DNA of 64,000 nt from Octopus sinensis (lineage: Eukaryota): NCBI RefSeq assembly GCF_006345805.1, contig NC_043001.1, forward strand, positions 63,302,001 through 63,366,000. The letters run 5' to 3'. A model generated the notes under the pieces. It ran no database searches. It was not told where the DNA came from and worked only from the letters and a program-made list of their open reading frames with translations. A program made the position numbers and the translations under genes. Position 1 is the first letter of the stretch. Every line of letters begins with the position of its first letter. Positions 12,997-24,460 of the stretch are shown here, piece by piece.

Positions 12997-13496
12997 GTAA
13001 GTTGGTTTCAATAAAATTAATGTGACTTCAAAACAAATCCAACATCTAACATCTCAATTAGTATAAACAGTATTTTAAGCTTGTCTTGTGGAAAATTTTT
13101 GCTGTCCACGTGATAGAAATATAATTTTTAAAATTTCTAGTGTTACATGTAAAGTTTGCATTTCTTTTCATCTGTTGTTAATTGCTATCAGTGAAGTGCA
13201 AGATGTGGTCCTCTTACCTGTTGAATCCTGTAGAACTGTCTAACCTATACTAGCATAGAGAATAGACATTAAATGATGAGGATGGTGATACATTTTTGTT
13301 AGATTTCACTGGTGTTGAGGACATTTTGATATAGGTTTCCGTGAGATGGACCCATTGCTAATTTTGCTGGTTTTGTTCAGTTAATGAAGAGAAAAATTGT
13401 GAAGAACCATAGAAAATTTAGATTAAAATTTTAAATAAAGCCATTATATGAAAGTTATTATCAACAGATATGTCAGGAGATTGTTATTAATTATTA

Positions 13497-13712
13497 TGGC
13501 AACAAGCTGGCTGAACCATTAGTGTGTCAGACAAAATGCTTAACAGAATTTTTTCCAGCATTTTACATTCTGAGTTCAAATCCTACTGAGGCCAACTTTG
13601 CCTTTCGTTCTTTACAGCCAATAAAATGAGTGCCAATAAAGTACTGGAGTTGATATAATCAACTAATCCTTCTCCATAAAATTGCTGGTCTTGTGCCAAA
13701 ATTTGAAACCAT
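13497..13712 (+). mobile_element. Abundant ~210-bp SINE (ggc..agctggcagaa..aaatgcttag..ctgagttcaaat..)
   Basis: More than ten similar copies in the window, with tRNA A/B-box-like head and a conserved body. Confidence 0.8.
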
Positions 13713-14377
13713 TATTTTGCTGGGTATGAATATTATTATTATTATTATTGAGTGATATTGAGTTTTATTGCATAAGTAGATGTAAAGGTTTTGTCTTCTT
13801 GATGCCATTTATGGTAAGTGTACAAATGTGGCAAGCTAATGGAGAAGACTCTATATAAACACTTTAACCAGCTAGAAATAATAGATAAGTCACCCTAAAA
13901 TCACACTCTGTTATTTTAAAAAGAAGGAAAGCAAATATATTTTGTCTAAAAAAATCCTACAGGATACTCATTGCTGGAATGTCTTTGATGGTAGGTTTGA
14001 TTGATCAAAATTCACTTAGGACTGACCAAATTTTTACCCTTCTTATTACAACTTCACTTCTTTGTTCTGTTTATATAAAATCAACCACAAATATCAATCA
14101 AGATAAAAAAGGTTATTCTGTGTGTTGATAGTACAACTCCCAAATTCCTTCTCATATTTGATGTTGAAGATGTCTATAATTCATTCCCTTCCAAGATTAG
14201 GAGTTTCAATCAAAAATGTACCTTAATTGAAGTAAAAAAAACTTAGGTTTCTATCATGGTGCCATATCTCTGCTAGGTATGTATAGTATTGAAATTTTTT
14301 CTGTTATTTCTCCCTCACCAAAATACCTCTCAAAACATCCAACTATCAATTTTCTTCAACGTCATGTTTTTCAACAG

Positions 14378-14511
14378 CCTGTGAGCAGATAGTTGTGCGA
14401 TGTTTCCCTGTTTCTACACTCACCCGGGAGAAACGTATCAGTGTTCAATATTTACAACATCTTGATCAGTGGTTGCATGAAGGTTTGCAGTTACGTTCCA
14501 ACATCTTTCAG
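14378..14511 (+). CDS. SBF2: SBF exon, GRAM domain C-part ([21 protein letters not shown]...[10 protein letters not shown])
   Basis: tttttcaacag acceptor, CAG|gtaggt donor; phase consistent with neighbours. Confidence 0.94.
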
Positions 14512-15320
14512 GTAGGTGCATTATTTCTGGATTGATTCTGAGTGGAACAAAGCAGGATTTTGGTATAGGTGATAGAACAAAGCTAGATGGTAGAAGGAAG
14601 GTAGATTTGGGTATATATGGGAGAATAAAGGTAGATTTTTAAACCGTTTTAGTCTGGAGAAAGGGGCTGTGACCCTAGCCTTTATAATTTCACCAAGATG
14701 GCGTAAGTACAAGAAGGTGGCGGTTGTTGTATAACTGAAAATTGATGCGTGTGTACATATATATATATAAGTATATATGTATGGATATATTGTATAATTG
14801 TATATGTAATTATATTAAGTAAGAAGAAGATGGATTTGGTGTTAAACTTTATTCTGTACAACATTCATTTCAACCTGTCCTGATATTGTCCTTTATGTGT
14901 TGGACTCTGTTCAACATGTGTTGCATCCATTTTGTAGTCTGGAGCTTATCAGGTACATCCATAGATAAAGTTGTGTCTCACTAAAGATCTTGAGTGTCAG
15001 CTGCTATGTTGTTATACACCCATCTAGTTAGGGAATGAATAAAATGTAAAAATTCAAATATGAATGTGGAAAACTTGCGTTCCTGTTTAGATAACATGAC
15101 CTCATCAACTTTCACTTGCATAGCAGAAAACGAAAGTAGAAGAGAAGAAAGAAAAAAAAAAAGAGAACAGGGCAATGAATATTTAGTCAAACAGTTATGT
15201 GTACACACATTGAGACACACAGACAGACGCACACGCACATATATATCCTACACATGTTCATATGCCCATTCATATACCCATACACACATACACCCTTTCA
15301 CACACTTGTCTAAATGTGTA

Positions 15321-15369
<49 letters not shown>

Positions 15370-15378
<9 letters not shown>

Positions 15379-15950
15379 ATGAAGCTTTACTATAGCATCA
15401 TATATTATCAACTGCTATTTACAGTAAATATTAGTGCATTGTTGTAGCACTATTTATACTTTAACCTGATGATGCTTTGTTTTACTGGGAAGCAATACTA
15501 CTGTATTGCACTATTTAATTATTTTTTTCTTTGAAAACTTTTTCACTGTTCTCCGTCTGTTAATGGCCAAACATTTCAGATGAGTATATACTGGCATTGA
15601 TGTAACGACAGTTGAGATTTTGTCTAGCTGATGAGAATTAATCAAATTTACATTAACATAATTTGGGAAGTTCAAAACCCAGGTCCTAATTATCCACATC
15701 TGGGTTGTACATTTATTTAATGTTCTTCCTCCAGGTAAGATGAAATCTTTTATCATCACCGCCTGCTAACATTTTTGCTCGTATATATATACAGTGAAGC
15801 TTTACCAAAGCATCATATATTATCGACTGCTATTTACAGTAAATATTGGTGCATTGTTGTACCACTATCGTATTTATACTTTAACCTGATGGTGCTTTGT
15901 TTTACTAGGAAGCAATACTACTGTATTGCACTATTTAATAATTTATATAT
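15370..15950. repeat. Two ~150-bp direct repeats flanking ~270 bp; possible PLE 3'-end remnant
   Basis: 15370-15518 and 15785-15940 are highly similar; the minus-strand spacer reading GGRTLNK...SHQLDK...RRRTVKKF loosely resembles a GIY-YIG C-terminus. Confidence 0.55.
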
Positions 15951-16952
15951 ATATATACACACATAAACTCACTTGGAAATAGATGTTGTGTTCAATTAAA
16001 TAATAATGTATATATAAAATATAAGTATATATACATGCATATATGGGTACAGGACCCCAGCAACAGTGCAGTTAACATGAAATATGTAAACAACAAAAAA
16101 AAAATGGAAAACAGGACAAGTAAACACAAAGAAAGAATCCTTCATCAGTTGTTGGCTGTCTATCTACTCCTCATTTCAAGCATTCAGTGACAATATGGAC
16201 CCAGTACTTAGACAAATACAGAAGTATATCCTCATTACCCATACTAAATAAGAAATACATGTAGAAGGTAGGGATACTCCAATGACACAGATACCACCCA
16301 CACATCATAAATACGCAGACGCATTTGTAATTAGGCAGTTAAGTAGGTAAATAGGTAGGTAGGTTGGTACATAGGTAGTACATAAGACAGATACACACAT
16401 GACCATACATACATACACACACACACACACTAGCATGCATGCACACACAAGGAAGCAGAACTATGCACACGTGCATACACACATATATACATAAAGACAT
16501 GAATATGCAGAGTACATACATATATACATTCATACACAAACACAGTCTCAAACAGACAAATGTGGCCTCCATAACAAACTAAATCAAAAGTCATTGAAAA
16601 GGGTGCCAGTAGCAATGAAAGAGCTTTGACAAACAAAATGATGTACAGTTTAACCAAATTAAACACACAATGAATTAGTTAGTTGGATATTTAAGCAATT
16701 GTCTAATAATAAAGGAGTAGAATTGAATCAGTGCATGTGTTAATAATATTGGCCTAATGACTGTCCCTAGACACAACAAAATTTGTTTCAACATATAAAT
16801 TCACATAAAGAATCTTGCAAACCAGATACAAAGACAATATATATGTATGTATCTATGTATGTATGTACGTAGTTACATACGTATGCATGTTTGTATGTAT
16901 GTATGTGTGTGTGTGTGTGTGTATGTATACATATATATATATATATATATAT

Positions 16953-17575
16953 AGTTGTTAAAGAGGACAACAAACATTAAGACAAGGCAAACATCTCAAA
17001 TCATCTATATTATTATTATTGGAAAAAAATCAAAGTCTTACAGCTATTTCTGGGATATCCTAGAGTATGGGATATTCTGTCATCAGAGACAAATAAGAAA
17101 AATGAGAAAGGTGTAGATTAATGAAATGACAGTATAGAGGACAGGAGTAAAGGAATAAGGAGATGAAGAAAGAGAAGAAAAAAGAAGCATAAAAGTTCAC
17201 AGTTCAAATTTCTGATTTTGTAGAAATAAGTCCTTAAGTACATTCCGTTATTAAACATTGATATTTTGGCATCTTTTCTGGATGTTTACAATATCAGGAC
17301 TTTAACCCACATGGATTTATGCAGGATTGCACCTAAGGACTTATGGACTTATTTCTATAAGTTTGGAAAGTTGAACTGAGAACTTTTATGCTTCTTTTTT
17401 CCTCTCCTTATTCCTTTACACCTGTCCTCTATGTTGTCATTTCATTAATCGATACCCCACTTTTTTTCCCTATTTGTTTCTGATGACTGAATATCCCAGA
17501 TATTCCAATAATAATAATGTATACGACTTGAGATGTTTGCCTTGCCTTAACATTTGTTGTCCTCTTTAACAATTA
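16953..17575. mobile_element. Foldback element: ~240-290 bp inverted arms, ~99-bp spacer, hammerhead motif in the arms
   Basis: gttgttaaagaggacaacaaa... reverse-complements ...tttgttgtcctctttaacaatt; arms meet at about 17239 and 17339. Confidence 0.85.
17035..17090 (-). ncRNA. Minimal type I hammerhead motif
   Basis: gtct-CTGATGA-c-agaatatcc[catactcta]ggatatccc-a-GAAA-t-agct-GTA-agac; stem I gtct/agac, palindromic AGCT loop. Confidence 0.7.
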
Positions 17576-17764
17576 CATATCCGCTATATCAGAAACCTGC
17601 AATGGCCCCAAAACTACCATCTCAGCTATAATCTTGGAGCCTTAGTCATCCATTACAACACTTACCTAGCATACATAATCGTTTAGATCACCTGTGAACT
17701 AAGCACCCATATTTTGTATATATGTATGTAAATGTGCGTGTATGTATGTGTATATGTGTGTGTG

Positions 17765-18010
17765 TGTGTATCATCATTTAACGTCCATTGTCCATGCTGG
17801 CATGGGTTTGACTGGGCTAGCATGCTGGAAGGCTGCATCAGGATCCAGTCTGATTTGGCATGGTTTTCTACTGCTAGATGCCCTTCCTAACACCAACCAC
17901 TCTGAAAGTGTAATGGGTGCTTTTACATGCCACTGACATGGGTGTCATTTGCGTGACACCGGTATCTGCTATGACTGCAATTTTGCTTGGCTTGATGGGT
18001 CTTCTTCTCA
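17765..18010 (-). mobile_element. RTE 3'-UTR/tail fragment
   Basis: catcatttaacgtcc..ccatgctggcatggg..gatgcccttcctaacaccaaccac, shared with 10403 and 50775. Confidence 0.8.
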
Positions 18011-18030
18011 GACATGTATATGTGTGTATG

Positions 18031-18083
<53 letters not shown>

Positions 18084-18588
18084 GTCTTATGTGAATACGT
18101 ACTCCTTTATTATTTTATTTGTTTGTATCTTCCCTTACACATGCACCCTTGTATGTATGTGTGTGTGAGTGTATACATGTATGTGTGTGTGTATGTATCT
18201 ATCTATGACTGTATATCCTTATGTGTTAAGTGTATACATTTTCTATTGTAAATTAATACTAATTTTCTCCTTCATACATTCGTTTTTGTCCTTATCCTTT
18301 TTTTTATTGTTTCCCCTACCTCGGGCTAGTTTTTGAGGAAGAGAACTCTTTTGAATACACTGGCCTGGCCTGTCCTGTCTGTGATCATTGCTTTTCTTTA
18401 AATTTTTTTTTTTTTTTCTCTGTTTTTATGTACATTTTTACTTAAATGTTGTATCATTTTCAAACATAGTCTTGTCTCTCAGCTTTAAGCTTCTTGTAAT
18501 ATATATATTACGGAGGTATACTCGCATAGCAAGTGATTTGATCTGAGATCGTGTGCTGGAACGAAAACAATTGCAGTGTGGAAGGTGT

Positions 18589-18823
18589 TTGTAAGCCATT
18601 TAAGAAACACACAAAACCCGTTCGATTCACTTCAACATTTAAGTTTAATTTGTCAAAATATTTTCATCGCTAAAATCCGCGACCTGTTCACTGACAAAGA
18701 TGCAGCACGGATTTTTGTCAGTGAACAGGTCGCGGATTTTAGCGATGAAAATATTTTGACAAATTAAACTTAAATGTTGAAGTGAATCGAACGGCTTTTG
18801 TGTGTTTCTTAAATGGCTTACAA
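18589..18823. repeat. Near-perfect palindrome: 110-bp arms, 15-nt spacer; each arm carries a variant hammerhead
   Basis: 18589-18698 reverse-complements 18714-18823 with one mismatch; an extra ~85 bp of related unique sequence lies to the left; inserted in a TA run. Confidence 0.95.
18714..18763 (+). ncRNA. Hammerhead motif with G3-C8 core (GUGAACA); mirror copy at 18649-18698 on the minus strand
   Basis: tttgtca-GTGAACA-g-gtcgc[ggatttta]gcgat-GAA-A-atat-T-T-tgacaaa: 7-bp stem I, 5-bp stem II, minimal stem III with palindromic loop. Confidence 0.65.
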
Positions 18824-19187
18824 TATATATATATTTTTTTTCGTTTTTCAATATTAATATGTATATGTATAACTCTCTATGGCTTTTTTCTGCTACTGAA
18901 CCTGTTGCATTATATTCCACTAGACACACATGGGCTTGTTTACATTATTCTTCGTCTTGACCTGTTACTATTTCTTTAAACATATCTGTTAGAGTTTTAA
19001 TTTTATGTTATAGTTTACTGCACATATAGACTTGCATACACTTGATATGACTTTCTTTTTCGTCTCTCTCACTACTATTATTATTTTTCCCTTTGACAAC
19101 TTGTTTGTAAATATCCAATTTTTCCCTATTACCCCATCTGTATTTTATTTTATTTTATTTTATTAAACTTTTTTTCCAAAAATTCCT

Positions 19188-19265
19188 CACACTGATGAGA
19201 ATTATAATTACTATGATTATAATTTTTTCTTACATATTTGTATTGTCTTTCGAAACGTGTATGTA
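19188..19265 (+). ncRNA. Hammerhead motif in an AT-rich, pseudo-LTR-like block
   Basis: aca-CTGATGA-GAA...TTC-GAAAC-gt-GTA-tgt; G10.1-C11.1 closing pair and an internal 9-bp hairpin; stem I only 3 bp. Confidence 0.5.
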
Positions 19266-19599
19266 TTGAATCCAATTTTGTATTAAATCTAATTTTGATT
19301 CAACATCTTTTTTCTCCATTTTTTTTACTTGTTTATGACATAATTATACCTATAACGATATTTTTCAACTATTATTTTCATATTCTTATTACTTGCTCTG
19401 GCTGATTTTTATGAATATGATGAAATTTATTAGAAATCATTTTATTCTCTCTTTTTGGATCTCACAAAATGTTTGAATTGTTCTTTCTGAACTTATTTTT
19501 TCTCACATATATATGTTTATATGTGTGTGTGTAGATAAATATGTATGTAGATATGTGTGTGAGTGTGTGTATGTGTATATTTACTCTTTTACTCTTGTT

Positions 19600-19980
19600 T
19601 CTGTCATTTGACTGTGGCCGTGCTGAAGCATGTCCTTGGGGAACTTTAGTCAAACAAATCGACTCCAGAACTCATTTTTGAAGCCTAGTACTTATTCTAT
19701 TGTCCTCTTTTTGCCAAACCATTAAGTTACAGGCGCATAAACACACCAATACAGGTTGTTAAGCCGTGATAGTGGTGGCGAGGGGACAAGCGCAGACACA
19801 AAGACACACACATACATATATACAGCAGGCTTCTTTCAGTTTCTCTCTACCAAATCTACTCAAGGATTTGGTCGAACCAAGGTTATAGTAGAAAACTCAA
19901 GCCCAAGGTGCCATACAGTAGAACTGAACCATGTGATTTGGAAGCAGGCTTCTTACCACACAGCTATGCCTGTGCCTTAT
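19600..19980 (-). mobile_element. tRNA-derived SINE, near full length
   Basis: Same family as 9305 and 61882. Confidence 0.8.
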
Positions 19981-20003
19981 ATATGTGTGTGTGTGTGTGT
20001 TTA

Positions 20004-20940
20004 TCATCATCATCTGTCTGCTTTCCATGATGGCGTGGGAGCCAGTCAGGTGGCATTGGTATCAGCCACACTTAAATGGTACTTTTTACATGGCACAGGT
20101 GCCAGGCAGCACTGGCATCAGCCATGACTACAATTTCACTTGGCTCAACAAGTTTTCTCAAGCACAGCATATTGCCCAACAATTGAAGGGGTACTTTTAA
20201 ATGGGCAAGTTATGCAACACTTGCATCGGCCATGGCTACAATCTCACTAGTCTTGCCAGGTCTTTTCAAGCACAGCATATCTCCAAAGGTCTTGGTCGCT
20301 TGTCATTGCCTCTGTGAGGCCCAGTGGTTGAACGTCGTACTTCGCCACCTCATCCCATGTCTTCTTGGGTCTACCTCTTCCACAAGTTCTCTCCACTGTT
20401 AGGGTGTGACACTTCTTTACACAGCTGTCATCATCCATATGCAACACATGACTATACCAGCACAGTTGTCTCTCTTGCACACCACATTTGATGCTTCTTA
20501 TGTCCAACTTTTCTCTCAGGGTGCCTACACTCTTTCGTGTATACACTCTGACATTACACATCTAGCAGAGCATACTAGCTTCATTTCTTTCAAGCCTGCG
20601 CATGTCCTCAGCAGTCACAGTCCATGTTTCACTGCGGTGTAGCATGGCTGTTTGCACACAGGCATCATAAAGTCTACCTTTTACTCTGAGTGAGAGGCCT
20701 TTTGTTACCAGCAAAGGTAGGAGCTCTCTCTGAACTTTGTCCAGGCTATTCTTATTCTAGCAGCTCTGCTTTCAGAGCATCCACTCCTGCTACTGTCTTG
20801 GTTACTTAGGTAACGGAAGCTATCAACTACTTCTAGTTTTTCTTCCTGGCATATGATGGAATCATATATATATATATATAAATGTATGCACACACACACA
20901 TACGTGTGTGTGTCTTTTTGTGTCTGTCCCCAACCACTAC
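20004..20940 (-). mobile_element. RTE-clade LINE 3' fragment
   Basis: EEKLEVVDSFRYL..AARIRIAWTKFRE; MCNVRV..REKLDIRSIKCGVQERQLCWYSHV..GRGRPKKTWDE. Confidence 0.9.
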
Positions 20941-21749
20941 TTGACAACCTTTGTTGGTGTGTTTATATCCCCTTAACTTAGTGGTTCAACAAAAGAGACC
21001 AATTCTTTAAGTCCCCGACATAAAAATGAATAATAAGTACTAGTGTTGATTTGTTCAACTAAAGGCAGTGCTCCAGGATGGCAGAGAACTCACTGCTATT
21101 TTAGCTCCAAGACTACCTGACCATATGATTTTGACCTTTTTATGGTCATCCTCGGTGATGGATACTTGTCGGCTAGACATAGCAGTAATTCACTCTAGCT
21201 TACAATATATAGAAAAATAAGTGACATACAGTCACTGATCTTGCAACAAGCAAACTAGCTTGTCAAGAAAATCTCTATAAGAGATATGTATTTATATATA
21301 TATAATATATAATATATATATATATATAATATATTTATAATATATATAAATACATATCTTGTAGGGAGAGAGAGATATATATATAGATATATGTGTGTAT
21401 GTACACATATGATACCAAATGATTGAAAGAATGAATATACACTTAAAAATATACAATCCTATGAATTCACATGTGAAAAACATATGAAGCTCTGCAATCA
21501 GGCACACACATATATTCAGATATGAACTTCTAAGAGCACACATTAAATATGTATAATGCAGGTTTTGTTATCTGTGTGTGTGCACTATTTATTTATAAAA
21601 TTCAAACTTAATAGAAGGGAGATAATTCAGGAGTTGTTCCCCTTGAGATGTATATTTATTTGTTTACTGCTATATCTTGATTTCACATGATTTTATTGTT
21701 TTATCCAAGATGGAGATGAACACCAATGTCCCATGTAGCAGACTTGAAT

Positions 21750-22315
21750 AATTGTTGAGGGATATCTCTCTCAATATGAAACCAATGGTTGCCTAGTTAT
21801 CCCACAAATAAAGGATATTTATCCACCAATCCACTCATTCTTGCCGTTTGGCATTAACATAGGGCCTTAGGCTCAATTCAGATGGCTGTGTGAAGCTGCT
21901 GGAGACTGGTCGATCTCTGATCGAAGAAGGTTGTTGCTGGAAAGCCACATGTGTAGCAGCAGGATTTAGCTCCTTGCCATACCTGCAGAAAGAGTCCCAT
22001 GGATTACTATATGTGGGACATAGTTGAGAAAGACACTAACTGCTCTGCCTGCAACACCAAGGCCAAGCTGGTGATCAAGATCAAGGAGGTATTCAAAGAT
22101 CTTCCAAGGGACACAGTGAGGAACACATGCACCAAGTTCTGGAGCCATTTTGAGGCCATGGTAGACGCTGAGGGCAGCTACTTTGAGTAAATTGTTATCT
22201 CTCAGTGATAATGTAGTTGATATTTTTTTTATATTTTAAAATACTTTTATTTTTGGACAGCATATTTTTTTTCCTCTTGGGCAAACTGTCAAATTTAGCC
22301 TGGACACCTTGTATA
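21750..22315 (+). mobile_element. Tc1/mariner DD37D (maT-like) transposase C-terminal remnant with right TIR
   Basis: GKPHV*QQDLAPCHT and MDYYMWDIVEKDTN...FEAMVDAEGSYFE; terminal gtcaaatttagcctggacaccttgta. Confidence 0.75.
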
Positions 22316-22556
22316 TGTTTATATATATATCTATGTATATGTGTGCATCTATATATATATATATATGTATATATGTGTATGTATAAATGTGTGTGTGTCT
22401 GTGTGTGTGTGTGTGTATGTATGTATGAGACTGGACTTGCAAGAGAAAGTGGCAGATGGGTGTTGCTACATGGGTGGGAGTTGAACTAGTTATAAAATAC
22501 TGTAAAAAAAAAGAGAAAGCAAACTCATTTGAAGCTAATGCTTGTTTGTTTTATAG

Positions 22557-22741
22557 TTAATGAAGATTGTCTTTGATGAGGAAGTTAGCTCTGATGATGT
22601 GGAGACTCTCCGTAAACTGTTGCATAAGATGCGCAATCCTGCAAGAGTGTTTGACACTTTCACTTTTAACCAACATCCTTACTCAAGTACTTTACAGCCA
22701 ACACCACTGCACAAATCTAAAGAAAAAAGTTCCACTCTGAA
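22557..22741 (+). CDS. SBF2: SBF exon (LMKIVFDEEVSSDDVETLRKLLHKMRNPARVFDTFTF...KEKSSTLK)
   Basis: gttttatag acceptor, AA|gtaagt donor; matches SBF2 LIKVAFDEEVS...FSTFAF. Confidence 0.94.
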
Positions 22742-22912
22742 GTAAGTATTTACATAGTAACTCTTCAGTGAAAGAAATATAACAATTCGTTAATGTGTTA
22801 ATGTATTTGGTTGGTATATTGATGTATATAGTTGGTGTATTACTGTATTTGGCTGGTATATCAATAATTTGTGATGTTAATTTATTGGTATATAACTATA
22901 TCACTTCTCCAG

Positions 22913-23130
22913 GGCAGAAGTTATGGAAAACAGTAGTGTTGATTTCAGACAGCTTGCCAAGAAAACATTGATGAAGACAGTGCGTCGGGCAGGCTTGAAA
23001 CCTAAACAATCATCACGGAAACAGAAGTACATGTTACCGACACCACCAACTTCACGACGGACTCTTTCTCCTCGGTCGTCAGATAGTGAATCAGAAAGGC
23101 CCAGTAGTGAAATTTATGATGAGCTCTCTA
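22913..23130 (+). CDS. SBF2: SBF exon (AEVMENSSVDFR/QLAKKTLMKTVRRAGLKPKQSSRKQKY...IYDELS); alternative in-frame acceptor at 22949
   Basis: tcacttctccag acceptor, TA|gtaagt donor; open in the phase required by the upstream exon. Confidence 0.88.
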
Positions 23131-24460
23131 GTAAGTGTATTTTGTAATTCATCATAGAATGTGTTTATTATAGAGAGAAACTCTGTGAAAACTATTTACT
23201 CCTAATGTTAGGTGGATTATTGTGAATAGTTATCTCTGTTGCGTGTGGGTGTGAAAAGAAATGGCTTACTGTCAAGTAAAATATTGTGAAATTGGATGAT
23301 GTTGTTGGAACAAAGTAACAGTGGGAACTTGGAATAATGAAACATAACTTGTTGAAGCTCTCAAACTCTCACACTCTGACTATTCAGCTGTCCACTTTAT
23401 CTTGTGAACTGTAACATTGTAACTAAAAGACTGTCATGATGTGGCTCTGAGACTGTCATGGTATGGTCAGCAAGCTCTCATGTTGTAGCTATTCATCTGT
23501 CACAGTGTTGCTGTTATGTTTTTACAGAAAGGTTTCTAAATGATAACACTGTCTATGATAAAGACTCTATGCCATACTGTTACTATTGTGTTGTAACCTC
23601 ATACTGTGGCTATGAAAGTGTATTATGAGTTTCTTGTATAACAAACATATTGTAAGGACTTATGATTCAGTCTATATATCATGTAAGTATATGTCCCAAC
23701 ACATAGATATAGTCTGTATGTCACTATGAGCTATGATAAAGATTATATATCAATGTAAACACAATGGACTATCTGTGACTGAGTAGATGGAGACTTAGTT
23801 TTGTAACTGTACATCTACCACTTCACTTTTCAATATCTACAGGTTAACTACAGAATATTTCAATTTTACAGAAGCATTGAGGTTTATTTAAAATATTTTT
23901 TCTTTCATGATGATTCTGAGAAATAAATATAGAGAAATAAACAGATTTAAAATGGTGTGTGAACTGGTAGAGCATTATACAAGATGTCTTTATTTCCCTT
24001 TACATTCTGTGCTCAAATCATCCAGCTCAGATCCAATTTGCCTTTCATCCTTCTGGGGTTGATATAATAAATACTGATAATTGAACATATTCCACATATT
24101 TGTGCTCTAACTTGGCCAGTGAAACAAATAAAATAATAATTCTATAGAAAATGCTGAGCTGTATCCTGCTTTTCCAGAACAGACTGTTTGGTTGTTGAGA
24201 TTTCAGTTAATGTGTTATTGTTTATTAGAAATCAAATAAACAAATAAAATCTAATTGAAATCCTTTAATGTTTAGTTTAACAAAACATCTTTATCATTTT
24301 GTTTCTTGAGATAAAAGTCATGGTTAAAACATAAAAACAAACTAAACAATATTAGATATCATAAATACTAATTGATTTGAAATAGGGAACAGAACAAGAG
24401 GCTCATTGGGTTGGTTTGAACCATATACCTTTAGCATAGCAGGTGACAGTGTTACCTCTT

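Noticed and set aside
15460-15500. CTGATGA-tgcttt...gaagca as a hammerhead
   Set aside because: GAAA and the cleavage triplet are missing after the stem.
16080-16200. CTGATGAAGG on the minus strand (16140-16149) as a hammerhead
   Set aside because: No stem II partner or GAAA downstream; at best a fragment.
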